Assembly (NCBI GenBank): GCA_044447375.1
Contig: JBIOFT010000003.1
Span: 131 to 64,130 of the forward strand
Source of the DNA: Terriglobales bacterium
Lineage (GTDB): Bacteria; Acidobacteriota; Terriglobia; Terriglobales; Acidobacteriaceae
Direction: 5' to 3'
DNA length: 64,000 bases
This document shows, in pieces, positions 21,551-30,573 of the stretch. A program made the translations under genes and the position numbers. How positions within the stretch are numbered: the stretch's first letter is position 1; every line of letters starts with the position of its first letter. The notes below the pieces were generated by a model. It had not been told where the DNA came from. It worked only from the letters and a program-made list of their open reading frames with translations, and made no database searches.

Positions 21551-22516
21551 ATGCTGAACCAAGTGCTGGAGTGCGTCGCGGCGAGAGAGCGGTTCCTGCT
21601 GACCTCGCACGCGCGGCCCGACGGTGACGCCGTGGGTTCGGCGCTGGCCTGCGGCCAGATCCTGCGCAGCCTGGGCAAGCAAGCCGATGTGGTGCTGAGC
21701 GACGGCGTCCCCTACATCTACCGCCCGCTGCCCTACGCCGACCAGGTAGTGCAGGCCAACCTGGTCAACGGCCACTACGAGGCCGCCATCGTCCTGGAGT
21801 GCGACAGCCTGGCGCGCACGCGGCTGGAAGGCCTGGAGCCCAATTTCATCATCAACATCGATCACCATTACAGTGGGAAGCTGTTCGGCCACGTCAACTG
21901 GATTGATCCCCAGGCGTGCGCCACCGCGGAGATGATCTACCGCCTGGGCCGCGAGGCCGGGGTGAAGATCACCAAAGAGATCGCCACCTGCCTCTACACC
22001 GCGGTCATGACTGACACCGGCTCGTTCCGCTTTGCCGGAACCAGCGACCGGACCTTCGCCCTGGCGGGGGAACTGGTGCGCTGCGGCGCCGATCCGGTGC
22101 AGTGCGCCCAGAACGTGTACTTCGCCAACCCCACCTCGAAGATGCGCCTCTTGGGCTCGGCGCTCTCCACCCTGCATCGCGAAGGCAGCGTGGTGTGGAT
22201 GCATATCACCCGGGCGCAGATCAACGACTGCGGCGCCTTCGATGAAGATGCTGAAGGGCTCGTCAACTACGCCCTCTCCATCGCCGGCGTGCAGGTGGCG
22301 GTGTTCTTCCGCGAGATGCCGGACCGGCGCTATCGCGTGAGCCTGCGCAGCAAAGGTGCTGTAAACGTGGCTGCGGTGGCCGAGACCTTCGGCGGAGGAG
22401 GGCACGCCAATGCCAGCGGGTGCTCGCTCGATGGACCGCTATCGGTCGCGACGGAACGGGTGCTGGCGCAGGTGCGGCTGCGGCTCGCCCAGCGTCCAGA
22501 AGCTTCCGCCGAGTGA
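21551..22516 (+). CDS. nrnA: DHH-family phosphoesterase, NrnA-like oligoribonuclease/pAp phosphatase
   Basis: 321 aa. Motifs HARPDGDAVGS, DHH (NIDHHYS) and GGGH. Confidence 0.85.
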   Translation: MLNQVLECVAARERFLLTSHARPDGDAVGSALACGQILRSLGKQADVVLSDGVPYIYRPLPYADQVVQANLVNGHYEAAIVLECDSLARTRLEGLEPNFIINIDHHYSGKLFGHVNWIDPQACATAEMIYRLGREAGVKITKEIATCLYTAVMTDTGSFRFAGTSDRTFALAGELVRCGADPVQCAQNVYFANPTSKMRLLGSALSTLHREGSVVWMHITRAQINDCGAFDEDAEGLVNYALSIAGVQVAVFFREMPDRRYRVSLRSKGAVNVAAVAETFGGGGHANASGCSLDGPLSVATERVLAQVRLRLAQRPEASAE

Positions 22517-24198
22517 TGGCCCAGCCCGCTCTGGCTGTTACACTCCACAACATGTCGCGGCGCAGGACCACGCTGATCGAACTCATAACCATCGCGGGCT
22601 TCTGCGCCTTCCTCTTCTATTTTGGCTTGTCGGCCTTCGGGCTGGTGGGCGCGGACGAACCCAGATACGCGCAGATCGCGCGCGAGATGCTGGCGCGCCG
22701 CGACCTGGTCACGCCCACGCTCTACGGCAAGCCGTGGCTGGAAAAACCGCCGCTCTACTACTGGCGGGCGATGGAGTCGTACTGGGCGCTCGGGGTGAGC
22801 GACTGGGCTGCGCGCCTGCCCTCGGCGACTACGGCCAGCTTCATGGTCGCGGTGATCTATTTTTTCCTGCGGCGCTTCCGGCCGGGCTCCCAACTCAATG
22901 GCGCGTTGATGACTGCTGCCTCCGCCGGCGTGATCGGGTTCGCGCGCGGCGCCGGCACGGACATGCTATTGGCTGCGGCATTCGTCGTTGGCATGCTGGC
23001 ATGGTTCGCGTCGTATGCCGCTGAGCGCCGGCTGTGGCTGCTCCTTTTCTATCTCTTCATGGCTTTCGGAGCGCTGGCCAAGGGACCGGTGGCGCCGTTG
23101 CTGGCGGCGCTGATCATCGCAATCTTCGCTTTGGTGCAGCGCGATGTGCGGCTAGTTACGCGCACGCTTTGGCTGCCCGGCATCCTGCTGTTCCTCGCGG
23201 TGTCGCTGCCGTGGTATGTGGCGGTGCAGCTTCAGAACCCGCAGTTCCTGCGGGAGTTCATCTTCCAGCACAATCTCGGACGCTTTGCCAGCAACATGTA
23301 TCACCACAAGCAGCCGTTCTGGTACTTCGTTCCGGTATTGCTGCTGGGCGTAATGCCGTGGACGGGGCTGGTGATTGCGGGATGGATTGAGACAATCAAG
23401 GAATGGCATGAGCAGCCAATGCCCCACCCAAGCAAAAGAGGCTTGGGTGGGGCACCCACTGAACGAGAAGGTACATTGTCAAGGTTTCTGCTGATCTGGA
23501 CGGCAATCATACTGGTGTTCTTTTCGATCTCCGCGTCGAAGTTGCCGGGATACATCCTGCCAGCGATTCCGCCGAGCACAATCCTCGCCGCGACGTGGGT
23601 CGCTCGGCGGGAGAGGCTAAGCTGGCTGGTGATCATCGCTCAGGCGGCGCTTTCCGGAGCGTTGCTGGCCCTTGCGGTGCTCTATCCCAACCTGCTGTTG
23701 TACGGCCGTCACATTCCGAGTGAGTGGCGCTTGCTCGCGCTGGGGGCTGGCTCGCTTGTATTCGTTGCGACTGTGAGTACTCTGGCACGCAAAGGCCCTG
23801 CCTTCTTGCGACTGGTGGTACTTGCGCCGGTCATCGTGGGCTTGGCCTTCCTGCTTCGCATCGGCGCTCCGGCGATCGACAACGTGCTCTCCGCCCGGCC
23901 GGTGGCGCGCGAGATCACCCAGATGGAAGGCCACCCGGTCGAGGTCGCGGTGTCCAACGCCTCTCGTGAGACCGAATACGGACTGGCCTTCTACCGCAAC
24001 CAGCCCATCCCGCGGTATGAGCGCGGCGAGGTTCCGGCGCAGGATCATCTGGTGGTCGTGCCTGAAGCCTACGCCGACGAATTCGTGAAAGCAGTGCGTC
24101 CGCGACGCGCTTCGCGCTTGGGCAGCTTCACGCCGCAGCGGCTGGAGTTCTATTGGGTCTCGACACCACCACCCATGCCGATGGAGCATCAGCACTGA
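22516..24198 (+). CDS. GT39/ArnT-like glycosyltransferase (PMT_2 family), polytopic membrane protein
   Basis: GADEPRYAQIAREM...TPTLYGKPWLEKPPLYYW is present. ATG 22516 overlaps the nrnA TGA. The track start at 22420 lies inside nrnA. Confidence 0.8.
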   Translation: MAQPALAVTLHNMSRRRTTLIELITIAGFCAFLFYFGLSAFGLVGADEPRYAQIAREMLARRDLVTPTLYGKPWLEKPPLYYWRAMESYWALGVSDWAARLPSATTASFMVAVIYFFLRRFRPGSQLNGALMTAASAGVIGFARGAGTDMLLAAAFVVGMLAWFASYAAERRLWLLLFYLFMAFGALAKGPVAPLLAALIIAIFALVQRDVRLVTRTLWLPGILLFLAVSLPWYVAVQLQNPQFLREFIFQHNLGRFASNMYHHKQPFWYFVPVLLLGVMPWTGLVIAGWIETIKEWHEQPMPHPSKRGLGGAPTEREGTLSRFLLIWTAIILVFFSISASKLPGYILPAIPPSTILAATWVARRERLSWLVIIAQAALSGALLALAVLYPNLLLYGRHIPSEWRLLALGAGSLVFVATVSTLARKGPAFLRLVVLAPVIVGLAFLLRIGAPAIDNVLSARPVAREITQMEGHPVEVAVSNASRETEYGLAFYRNQPIPRYERGEVPAQDHLVVVPEAYADEFVKAVRPRRASRLGSFTPQRLEFYWVSTPPPMPMEHQH

Positions 24199-24381
24199 GT
24201 ACCAAGTACCAAGTACCGAGTACCGAGTACCAAGTACCAAGTACCAAGGAGCGGCCTCTTTTCGCCGAGTCGCGGACCGCTCAATCGCGAAGGCTGACTG
24301 TTGGCGCGCTCATGACAAATGCCGCTGGTAGATGTTTTGTACTCGGTACTTGCTACTTGGTACTTGGTACTCGGTACTTGG
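24197..24381. repeat. large GTACC-family inverted repeat (7 + 6 units) with ~87-nt spacer
   Basis: (agtaccN)x7 at 24197-24249 and (NggtactN)x6 at 24337-24381, between the GT39 and GNAT genes. Confidence 0.9.
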
Positions 24382-24453
24382 TTTTCCCCCGAACCACGCA
24401 CTAGACTCGTGTTTCCGGCGGAATTGGGCCATACTCCGGCCTCAGCGCCAGCT

Positions 24454-25410
24454 ATGGAGATTGTCGATCTCAGACATTTCGGGTCGGTGGACCTGCGTCC
24501 GCTGCTGGAGAAGGAATCCCAGCAGTGGTCGGAGGCGCTGGCCTGGGACTACCGCGGCTCGGCGGAGATGATCCTGCGCTACGTGGACGCCAAGATCCTC
24601 CCGGGCTACGCGGCAGTGTCGCAGGGGCGGGTCTGCGGCTACACCTTCTTCGTGTACGAGGGCAGCAAGGGAGTGATCGGCGATCTGTACGTGGAGAACG
24701 GCGGGCGCGATGGCGGCCACCAGGCGCGGGCGCTCGAAGAACAACTGCTGACCCACGTGATTGAGACGCTGCAGCACTCGCCCGGCATCCACCGGGTGGA
24801 AGCGCAGTTGCTCATGCATCCTGCCGACGCCGTGGCCCGGCCGTTCCTGGAGGAAGGATTCCACCGCCATCGCCGGCTGTTCATGGTGTGGCCGTTGAAC
24901 GGCGGACGCGAGCCGTTCGCGGCGCCGGCCATGCCTCCGGAGCTCCAGGTGCGGCGCTGGGTGGAGGGCGACTTCGGCAGCGCTGCCACGGTGATCACCG
25001 TCGCCTACCGCAACCATGTGGATTCCGAGATCAACGACCAGTACCGCACCGTCAGCGGCTCGCAGCGCTTCCTCAACAACATCATCCGCTTTCCCGGCTG
25101 CGGCGCCTTCGACAACGATTCCTCGCTGGTGGCGATCCACCGGCCTTCGAAGACCATGGTGGCGCTGATCCTGTGCTCGCGCGTCAAGGACGACGTCGGC
25201 CACGTCACCCAGGTGTGCGTGGTACCGGAACAGCGCGGACGCGGCCTCGGCGAAGGCCTGCTGCTGGCTTCCGCGCAAGAGCTGCGCCGCCGCCGCTTCA
25301 GTTCACTCTCGCTGACGGTCACGGAAGCGAACACACGCGCTGTGGAACTCTACAAAAGGCTCGGCTTCCACGTGGCGCGGGTGTTTGATGCGTTTGTATG
25401 GGAAGGGTGA
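24454..25410 (+). CDS. GNAT-family N-acetyltransferase (tandem GNAT-like halves)
   Basis: From ATG 24454. The C-terminal half carries QVCVVPEQRGRGLGEGLL...AVELYKRLGF. The track N-terminus comes from the GTACC repeat. Confidence 0.8.
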   Translation: MEIVDLRHFGSVDLRPLLEKESQQWSEALAWDYRGSAEMILRYVDAKILPGYAAVSQGRVCGYTFFVYEGSKGVIGDLYVENGGRDGGHQARALEEQLLTHVIETLQHSPGIHRVEAQLLMHPADAVARPFLEEGFHRHRRLFMVWPLNGGREPFAAPAMPPELQVRRWVEGDFGSAATVITVAYRNHVDSEINDQYRTVSGSQRFLNNIIRFPGCGAFDNDSSLVAIHRPSKTMVALILCSRVKDDVGHVTQVCVVPEQRGRGLGEGLLLASAQELRRRRFSSLSLTVTEANTRAVELYKRLGFHVARVFDAFVWEG

Positions 25411-25420
25411 GGAATCTCAG

Positions 25421-25500
25421 GATCGAGTGATCGGGTCATCGGGTCATCGGGTGATCTGTCTTTCAAATGACCCGATGAGCCGATCTCCCGATCACCCGAT
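25421..25500. repeat. inverted repeat, CGGGTGAT family
   Basis: gatcgagtgatcgggtcatcgggtcatcgggtgatc - 12 nt - gacccgatgagccgatctcccgatcacccgat, between convergent genes. Confidence 0.9.
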
Positions 25501-25511
25501 TGTCCAATTAC

Positions 25512-25703
25512 TCAATGCCTCAACAGCCACATCACCCATCCTGCCGCGATCGTTCCCACCACGAAGAACACGAAGCACTTGGCGCCGTACTTGATCATCT
25601 CGCGCTGTTCGCCGCGCTGGGTGATGCCAAACACGATGGACGCGAACAAGGCGAAGATCAGGGCGGCGGAGAAGTGGGAAAGCTGCAGGGTTTGGGTGGT
25701 CAT
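25512..25703 (-). CDS. small two-TM membrane protein
   Basis: 63 aa and hydrophobic. A 4-nt ATGA overlap with the upstream gene suggests translational coupling. Confidence 0.6.
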   Translation of the reverse strand: MTTQTLQLSHFSAALIFALFASIVFGITQRGEQREMIKYGAKCFVFFVVGTIAAGWVMWLLRH

Positions 25704-26140
25704 TTTTTCTTTCCCATGGCGATGTCGTAGGCATCCACAGCGCTGATGATGTTGAGCAGCCCGGCGACAATGATGTACTTGGTGCCGTAGTCGGCGGTGG
25801 CCAGGTTGATGGCGCCGAGGCCGATGCCCAGCCCGCGGGCCACGATGTACAGCCCGCCGGCGCCCAGGTCGCCCACGAATCCCAGGATGTCCAGGATGTC
25901 GCCGGTGTTGAACGCGTAGACTTTGCCTTCCATCAGGACGCCGAGCACGAACATCGCGACCACCGAGATCATCATCAGCAGGCCGCGTCCCCAGCGCTTC
26001 TGGATCAAGTGGCCGGCGCCGGGAATTAGCCAGCCCAGGGCGGGCGCGAACAGCGACATCATGGTGAGAGGCTGCGGTGGTGCTTTGGCGGTGCTCTTCG
26101 CGGTGTGGGATTCGGCCACGTTGCTCTTGTCTCCTGCCAT
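25700..26140 (-). CDS. membrane protein of unknown function
   Basis: 146 aa with 3-4 TM segments (GWLIPGAGHLIQKRWGRGLLMM...). Its start overlaps the stop of the M24 peptidase gene. Confidence 0.65.
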   Translation of the reverse strand: MAGDKSNVAESHTAKSTAKAPPQPLTMMSLFAPALGWLIPGAGHLIQKRWGRGLLMMISVVAMFVLGVLMEGKVYAFNTGDILDILGFVGDLGAGGLYIVARGLGIGLGAINLATADYGTKYIIVAGLLNIISAVDAYDIAMGKKK

Positions 26141-27312
26141 CAGATGATCACGATCTCCCGCTGGATTCTGCCCGTGACTTCGGCGGAGTCCGCCCGCACC
26201 AGCACGTCCACCTCGCTGCGCACGCCGAACTCGGGCAGGTAGATGCCGGGCTCGATGGAGAAGCAGGTGTTGGGCAGGATGGTGCGCTCGTCGCGGGTTT
26301 CGAGGTTGTCCATGTTGGGTCCGTTGCCGTGCACCGACGTGGCGATGGAGTGGCCGGTCCGGTGGATGAAGTTTGGCCCGTAGCCGGCGCGGGTGATGTG
26401 CTCGCGGGTGGCTTCGTCCACCTGCCAGCCGGCGATGGGGCGTCCCATGGCCTTGGCGTCCTGCACCGTCTTGACCCCGACATCACGCGCCCCGCAGACC
26501 ACCTCGAAGATCTGCCGTATGCGGTCGCTGGGCGCCTTGCCCACGAACCCCGTCCAGGTGATGTCGTAATAGACGGCGCCCGGCGTCTGCATCTTCCCCC
26601 AAATATCGAGCAGGACAAAGTCACCCTCGCGGATCGGCTTGGAAGATTCGGCCGTGGGCGAGTAGTGCGGGTTGCCGCTGTTGGCGTTCACCGCCACGAT
26701 CGCCGGATCGTTCTCGTTGGTCAGGCCCTCGCGGCGGCAGGCCTCGTCAATCCACTGCTGGATGGCAAACTCGTCTGCGCCTTTCCCGTTGCGCACGCGG
26801 CGTCCAATCTCGCGGAAGGCTTCTTCGGTGATGCGGTCGATGGCATCACGCGCGGCGAAGTGCGAGCGCACCTGCTCGTCGGTCCAGGTGGCCTCGAAGC
26901 GCGAGACCAGGTCGCCCGAGCTGACGATCTCCTTGCCGAAGCCGCGCACCAGCTCGATGGTGCCCGCATCCACCAGCCCGATGTAGGGGATCTGGTTGTT
27001 GGGCGAGTACTCCATGGCGAGGGTGCGATAGGGCGCGACCATCGAGCGCAGGTTCTCCTGCTGCTCCTGCCAGGAGGAGTACTCGAGCTTGCGTCCGGGG
27101 AGCGAGTCGAGGTGCCCGGCTTCGATGCGGTGCACCAGCTTCACCGGCTCGCCCTGAGCCGGGATCAGGTAATACCAGCGCCGGGTCACGAACAGGCTCT
27201 CCGCCAGGCCGAGCACGCGATACGCGATGGGGTCGCGATGATGGTGATCGTAGAAGAGCCAAGCGTCGAACCGCTGTTCGCGCAGGGCTGCTTGGATGTC
27301 CTGGAGGTTCAT
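26140..27312 (-). CDS. M24-family Xaa-Pro aminopeptidase
   Basis: 390 aa. Pita-bread-fold motifs (DITWTGF, HRTGHSIATSVHG, FSIEPGIY). Confidence 0.85.
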   Translation of the reverse strand: MNLQDIQAALREQRFDAWLFYDHHHRDPIAYRVLGLAESLFVTRRWYYLIPAQGEPVKLVHRIEAGHLDSLPGRKLEYSSWQEQQENLRSMVAPYRTLAMEYSPNNQIPYIGLVDAGTIELVRGFGKEIVSSGDLVSRFEATWTDEQVRSHFAARDAIDRITEEAFREIGRRVRNGKGADEFAIQQWIDEACRREGLTNENDPAIVAVNANSGNPHYSPTAESSKPIREGDFVLLDIWGKMQTPGAVYYDITWTGFVGKAPSDRIRQIFEVVCGARDVGVKTVQDAKAMGRPIAGWQVDEATREHITRAGYGPNFIHRTGHSIATSVHGNGPNMDNLETRDERTILPNTCFSIEPGIYLPEFGVRSEVDVLVRADSAEVTGRIQREIVII

Positions 27313-27352
27313 GCGCTAGAAGTCTATTTAATCACAGAGAGCGCAGTTTCGG

Positions 27353-27600
27353 GGGAACGCGACGTAGCGCCGGCATCTTGCCGGCTGTCCTGAGGGCGCA
27401 GGGTCCCCATCGCGCCCGATGTTGGCGTGATGGGGTGCTGGTCCCGCCCTCAGCGGTTCCAGCGTGGGCGAGACGGGGTCCCCGGCGCGCCCGGTTTTGG
27501 CGCGTTGGGGTGTCCGAGAGGCCCACGCGACAGCCGCCGGGGACCGGGGTCCCCAGAACGCCCGGTTTTGGCGTTCTGGGGTGGGAGACGGCGGCGCTAC
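27353..27600. repeat. array of REP-like GC-rich hairpins (three ~71-75-nt units plus a GCAAGATGC-type hairpin)
   Basis: Hairpins ggggtcccc[N3]gcgcc-cgNtNt-tggcg[N3]ggggtg at about 27400, 27475 and 27546. gcgccggcatcttgccggc at about 27366. Confidence 0.85.
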
Positions 27601-27998
27601 AGCCACCGAGCTCCCAGATACAGCAGAAACGCCTCGTCCGCTGTTTACTCGGACGCCACGACCACCCCCCCGGGTCCCCTCTATTGGAATCATCAGCTTA
27701 CGGGATATCCCGACTCGGGGACCATGAAACCAAAGGGGTTATATGGAAAATCTTGAGCCATAAGGACTTGCAATTACTGTTAGGCAATCTGTTTACTGAT
27801 GCTATGTCATATGGAATAAGGCTGTCAAGGGGAATTTGGGTTCCGAGTCCGCTACGATATGCCCGGAATCTGCTAGGAGCGAACGGAGCAGCCCGTTACA
27901 CGGGAAAGTGGAGACATGACAAGTCTCCTACTCTCCCGTAGCTCGGTTCAGGCGTTCTTGTTGTCAGTTTATGCGTCTGCTCTTACGCGAGTACCGGC

Positions 27999-29618
27999 TC
28001 ATTTCTGCGCCAAGAGGGACCGGGCGTATTGAAGCTCGGGCCGGTCTCCGTCGGCATGTTCGCAGATGGCCAGCAGCTTGGCGTAATACGTTTTCGCTTT
28101 CTCGTTGTCGCCGGAAAGCTTGGCCGCACGCGCGGCGCCTGACAGTGCGTTGAAACGATTTGGGGCCGTGCGCAGCGTCGCTTCGAATTCCACCACCGCC
28201 TGGGCCGGCTGCTTCAGTTCCAGCAACATCTCCCCAAGAAGCTCGCGAGCCGGCAGGATGACTCCCGGGGTGACATTCTGTTTGTCGGTCCTGTCTTCGT
28301 GGTCGGCGGCAGAACGCATCTGCTGCAGGGCCTCCTCGCGCTTGCCCTCAGCCAGCGCTATCCAGGCAGCTGCGCTCTCGCGCTGGATGTCCACCTGGTC
28401 GGCCCAGTACTTGTCGTTCCCCTGGGTGAGGGTGTCACGAATGGAAGCGAGCTGCTGCAAGTCCTTTCGCGCAGCTTCGGTGCCGCCGATATGTGATGCG
28501 CCGAGGGCCCGGGCGAAATGCAGATTCGCCTCCGTCCAGGCGTAACGCCCGCCGGGGAATGTATTCGTCGGCACCGGCAGCGCTGCCGCTTCGGCCCAGC
28601 GATGTCGCTCCACGGCGTAGCGCGCGGGTGACGTCCCCGTGGCATAGAGCCAGTTCATATACTGCGGATCGTCTGGCCGGCCCGGCGGCGGTGCTTCCAG
28701 CGCCTTTTTCGCCTCACGGTCCTGGGCCCCTTGGAGGTACGCATAGATCAGGTAATCCTTCGCGTGCAGCTCGTTGCCGGGTGCGTTGTTTTTCTGGGCC
28801 GAGGCCGCCGAGGCGAGGTTGGAATCGATGGACTCCTGCCACAAGCCGAGCCGGGTGAAAATGTGCGACGGCATGTGAAGGGCGTGCGGCGAGTCTGGGG
28901 CGATCTTTGCATAACGCCGCGCCGCATCCAGGGCCCTGTCCGCCAGCGGCGGGTAGTCGTAGGCGTGGATGATGTAGTGGGCCACTCCCGGGTGCTGTGG
29001 CTGCTCGACAAAAATCTTCTCCAGGATTGCGCCGGCCTTTTTCTGATTCGCATACGTCTTGTCGGTGGGAGGCGCGGTGGCGAGCAGTGCGAGCGCATGG
29101 AAAACCGCCGCTTCATGGTCATCGGGGTAGCGCGCTTGCATCTGCTCCATCGCCTTTTCATAAGCCAGGGCGCGAGTGCGATGGTCGAGCTTGTCGCTGT
29201 CCTTGTAAAACGTCTCGATGGCGGCGATGTAGTCGCGTTCGCGCTGCGTTTTGGCGCCGACTGACTTCGCTTTCTCCAGGGCCGCCACACCTGCTTTCAG
29301 GTCCGCCGGGCCGGGTGCTTCCCAGATAGGATGGTAGTGCGTCATGGCAATTCCCCAGTAGGCCATGCCGCACGCGGGATCTTTCTCCGCCACAGCAGCA
29401 AAGGTATCGCTGGCTTTCTCGTACCAAAAAGAATGGAGCATCGCTACGGCGGTGCTGAATTGCGGCTGGACCGCTGGGTCGCAGGAAACCGGGAAATTCA
29501 CTTTGCCGAGTTTCCCCGGGTCGCCTGCGGGGTGCTCATGTTGGGCAACAGCTGGTGCCACGAATGTCGCGCAGACGGCGGCAATCAGCACCATGGAAAT
29601 CAAGGTGAGTCGGTTCAT
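27999..29618 (-). CDS. secreted TPR-repeat protein
   Basis: 539 aa. Signal peptide MNRLTLISMVLIAAVCATFVAPAVAQ. TPR-like helical repeats in the C-terminal half. Confidence 0.75.
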   Translation of the reverse strand: MNRLTLISMVLIAAVCATFVAPAVAQHEHPAGDPGKLGKVNFPVSCDPAVQPQFSTAVAMLHSFWYEKASDTFAAVAEKDPACGMAYWGIAMTHYHPIWEAPGPADLKAGVAALEKAKSVGAKTQRERDYIAAIETFYKDSDKLDHRTRALAYEKAMEQMQARYPDDHEAAVFHALALLATAPPTDKTYANQKKAGAILEKIFVEQPQHPGVAHYIIHAYDYPPLADRALDAARRYAKIAPDSPHALHMPSHIFTRLGLWQESIDSNLASAASAQKNNAPGNELHAKDYLIYAYLQGAQDREAKKALEAPPPGRPDDPQYMNWLYATGTSPARYAVERHRWAEAAALPVPTNTFPGGRYAWTEANLHFARALGASHIGGTEAARKDLQQLASIRDTLTQGNDKYWADQVDIQRESAAAWIALAEGKREEALQQMRSAADHEDRTDKQNVTPGVILPARELLGEMLLELKQPAQAVVEFEATLRTAPNRFNALSGAARAAKLSGDNEKAKTYYAKLLAICEHADGDRPELQYARSLLAQK

Positions 29619-29951
29619 GCTGGCCTCCTTGGTTGCTAGTAGGACCTTTTGGAATGGAAACGCCGACTATTCAGGAGGGAATCTTGCCCTGTATTCTGCG
29701 TCGCGACCGCCACCGAAGTCAAGCAAGGCGTCAAGGCAGACACACACTCGGCGGTTAGCAGCGTGCATTGGCCGGTTAGTCGGCTACACGTGGAAGTGAT
29801 TTTGTTCGCAACCAATCATCGACGCTTGTGGGGATTCCTCCGAGCCACGGCCCACTCGGAAGAAATTTCGCCATTTTCTGAGTTTGCTGCGCAAGGATGG
29901 GGCACCCGCTGCTAGTGAGATAATGGCTTCGCTTAGCGAATCGGAGGACAC

Positions 29952-30455
29952 ATGCCCATCAGCGAACTGCTCTTGCCCGAATTTGATGACGAGATGAAGA
30001 AGACACGCACGACGTTGGAGCGGGTTCCAGCCGACAAGCCCGACTTCGCTCCGCATCCCAAGTCCATGCCGCTGGGCAAGCTGGCGCCCCATGTGGCGCA
30101 GCTCGCCGGCTTCGGAGTGAGCGTTTTGACGGCTCCCGAGCTGGACTTTTCCAAGGGCGAGTACAAGCCGTTGCCGCTGGAGTCGGCGGCGCAGCTCGTC
30201 AAGGTCTTCGATGAAGGCGCAGCCAAGGTCCGCAGCGCCCTTGCCGCCCTGCCGGACGAGGCCTGGAAGCAGAACTGGAAGCTGCTTTTCGCGGGCAAGA
30301 CTATCTTCGACGGGACACGTTTTCTTGCCTACCGGCAGATGTTCCTCAACCACATCGTGCATCACCGCGCCCAGCTCGGCGTATACCTGCGTCTGAACGG
30401 CCAGCCGGTGCCGTCAATCTACGGCCCGTCGGCCGATGAGACTCTGGGCTTCTGA
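29952..30455 (+). CDS. DinB-family protein
   Basis: 167 aa four-helix-bundle type. FLNHIVHHRAQLGVYLRL is typical of DinB/YfiT-like proteins. Confidence 0.75.
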   Translation: MPISELLLPEFDDEMKKTRTTLERVPADKPDFAPHPKSMPLGKLAPHVAQLAGFGVSVLTAPELDFSKGEYKPLPLESAAQLVKVFDEGAAKVRSALAALPDEAWKQNWKLLFAGKTIFDGTRFLAYRQMFLNHIVHHRAQLGVYLRLNGQPVPSIYGPSADETLGF

Positions 30456-30478
30456 TTCTGAGATTCGCTTGTATGGAC

Positions 30479-30563
30479 TGTCATCCTGAGCGCAGCGAGG
30501 GATCCTGGTTTGCTCCAAAACCAAGATTCCTCGGTCGCAGAACCGGCGACCTCGGAATGACAA
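30479..30563. mobile_element. short (85-bp) MITE-like element of the GTCATCC..GAG family
   Basis: TGTCATCCTGAGCGCAGCGAGGGATC ... CCTCGGAATGACAA, between convergent genes (DinB and SSS). Confidence 0.55.
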
Positions 30564-30573
30564 CTAACGATGA

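Noticed and set aside
24197-24381. Possible CRISPR array or other spacer-containing repeat locus, suggested by the regular short repeats (also at 3794, 20711, 27353 and 44964).
   Set aside because: The units are only 7-8 nt long and directly abutting, with no unique spacers. They are arranged as two inverted arms, and no cas genes are nearby. The ~71-75-nt hairpin units at 27353-27600 are only three in number and differ internally, which resembles REP elements rather than CRISPR.
27799-27829. Minus-strand sigma-70 promoter TTGACA ... TAGCAT upstream of the hairpin array.
   Set aside because: The spacing between the hexamers is about 19 nt and the -10 box is weak, so it is not good enough to annotate. 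It is mentioned only within the finding on this region.
27870-27930. SRP (4.5S) RNA-like motif GGAGCGAACGGAGCAGCC.
   Set aside because: There is only a loose resemblance to the conserved domain IV sequence (GGAA tetraloop flanked by GUCC/GGA and AGCAGCC). I could not draw the required helix-8 pairing, and no flanking helix 5 is present.
27378-27941. 187-aa ORF spanning the REP-like array, together with overlapping ORFs 27427..27756 and 27464..27727.
   Set aside because: The reading frames are created by the GC-rich hairpin repeats (peptides such as PRTPGFGVLGWE recur at 15.5 kb). All three forward frames are open, which argues against real coding.
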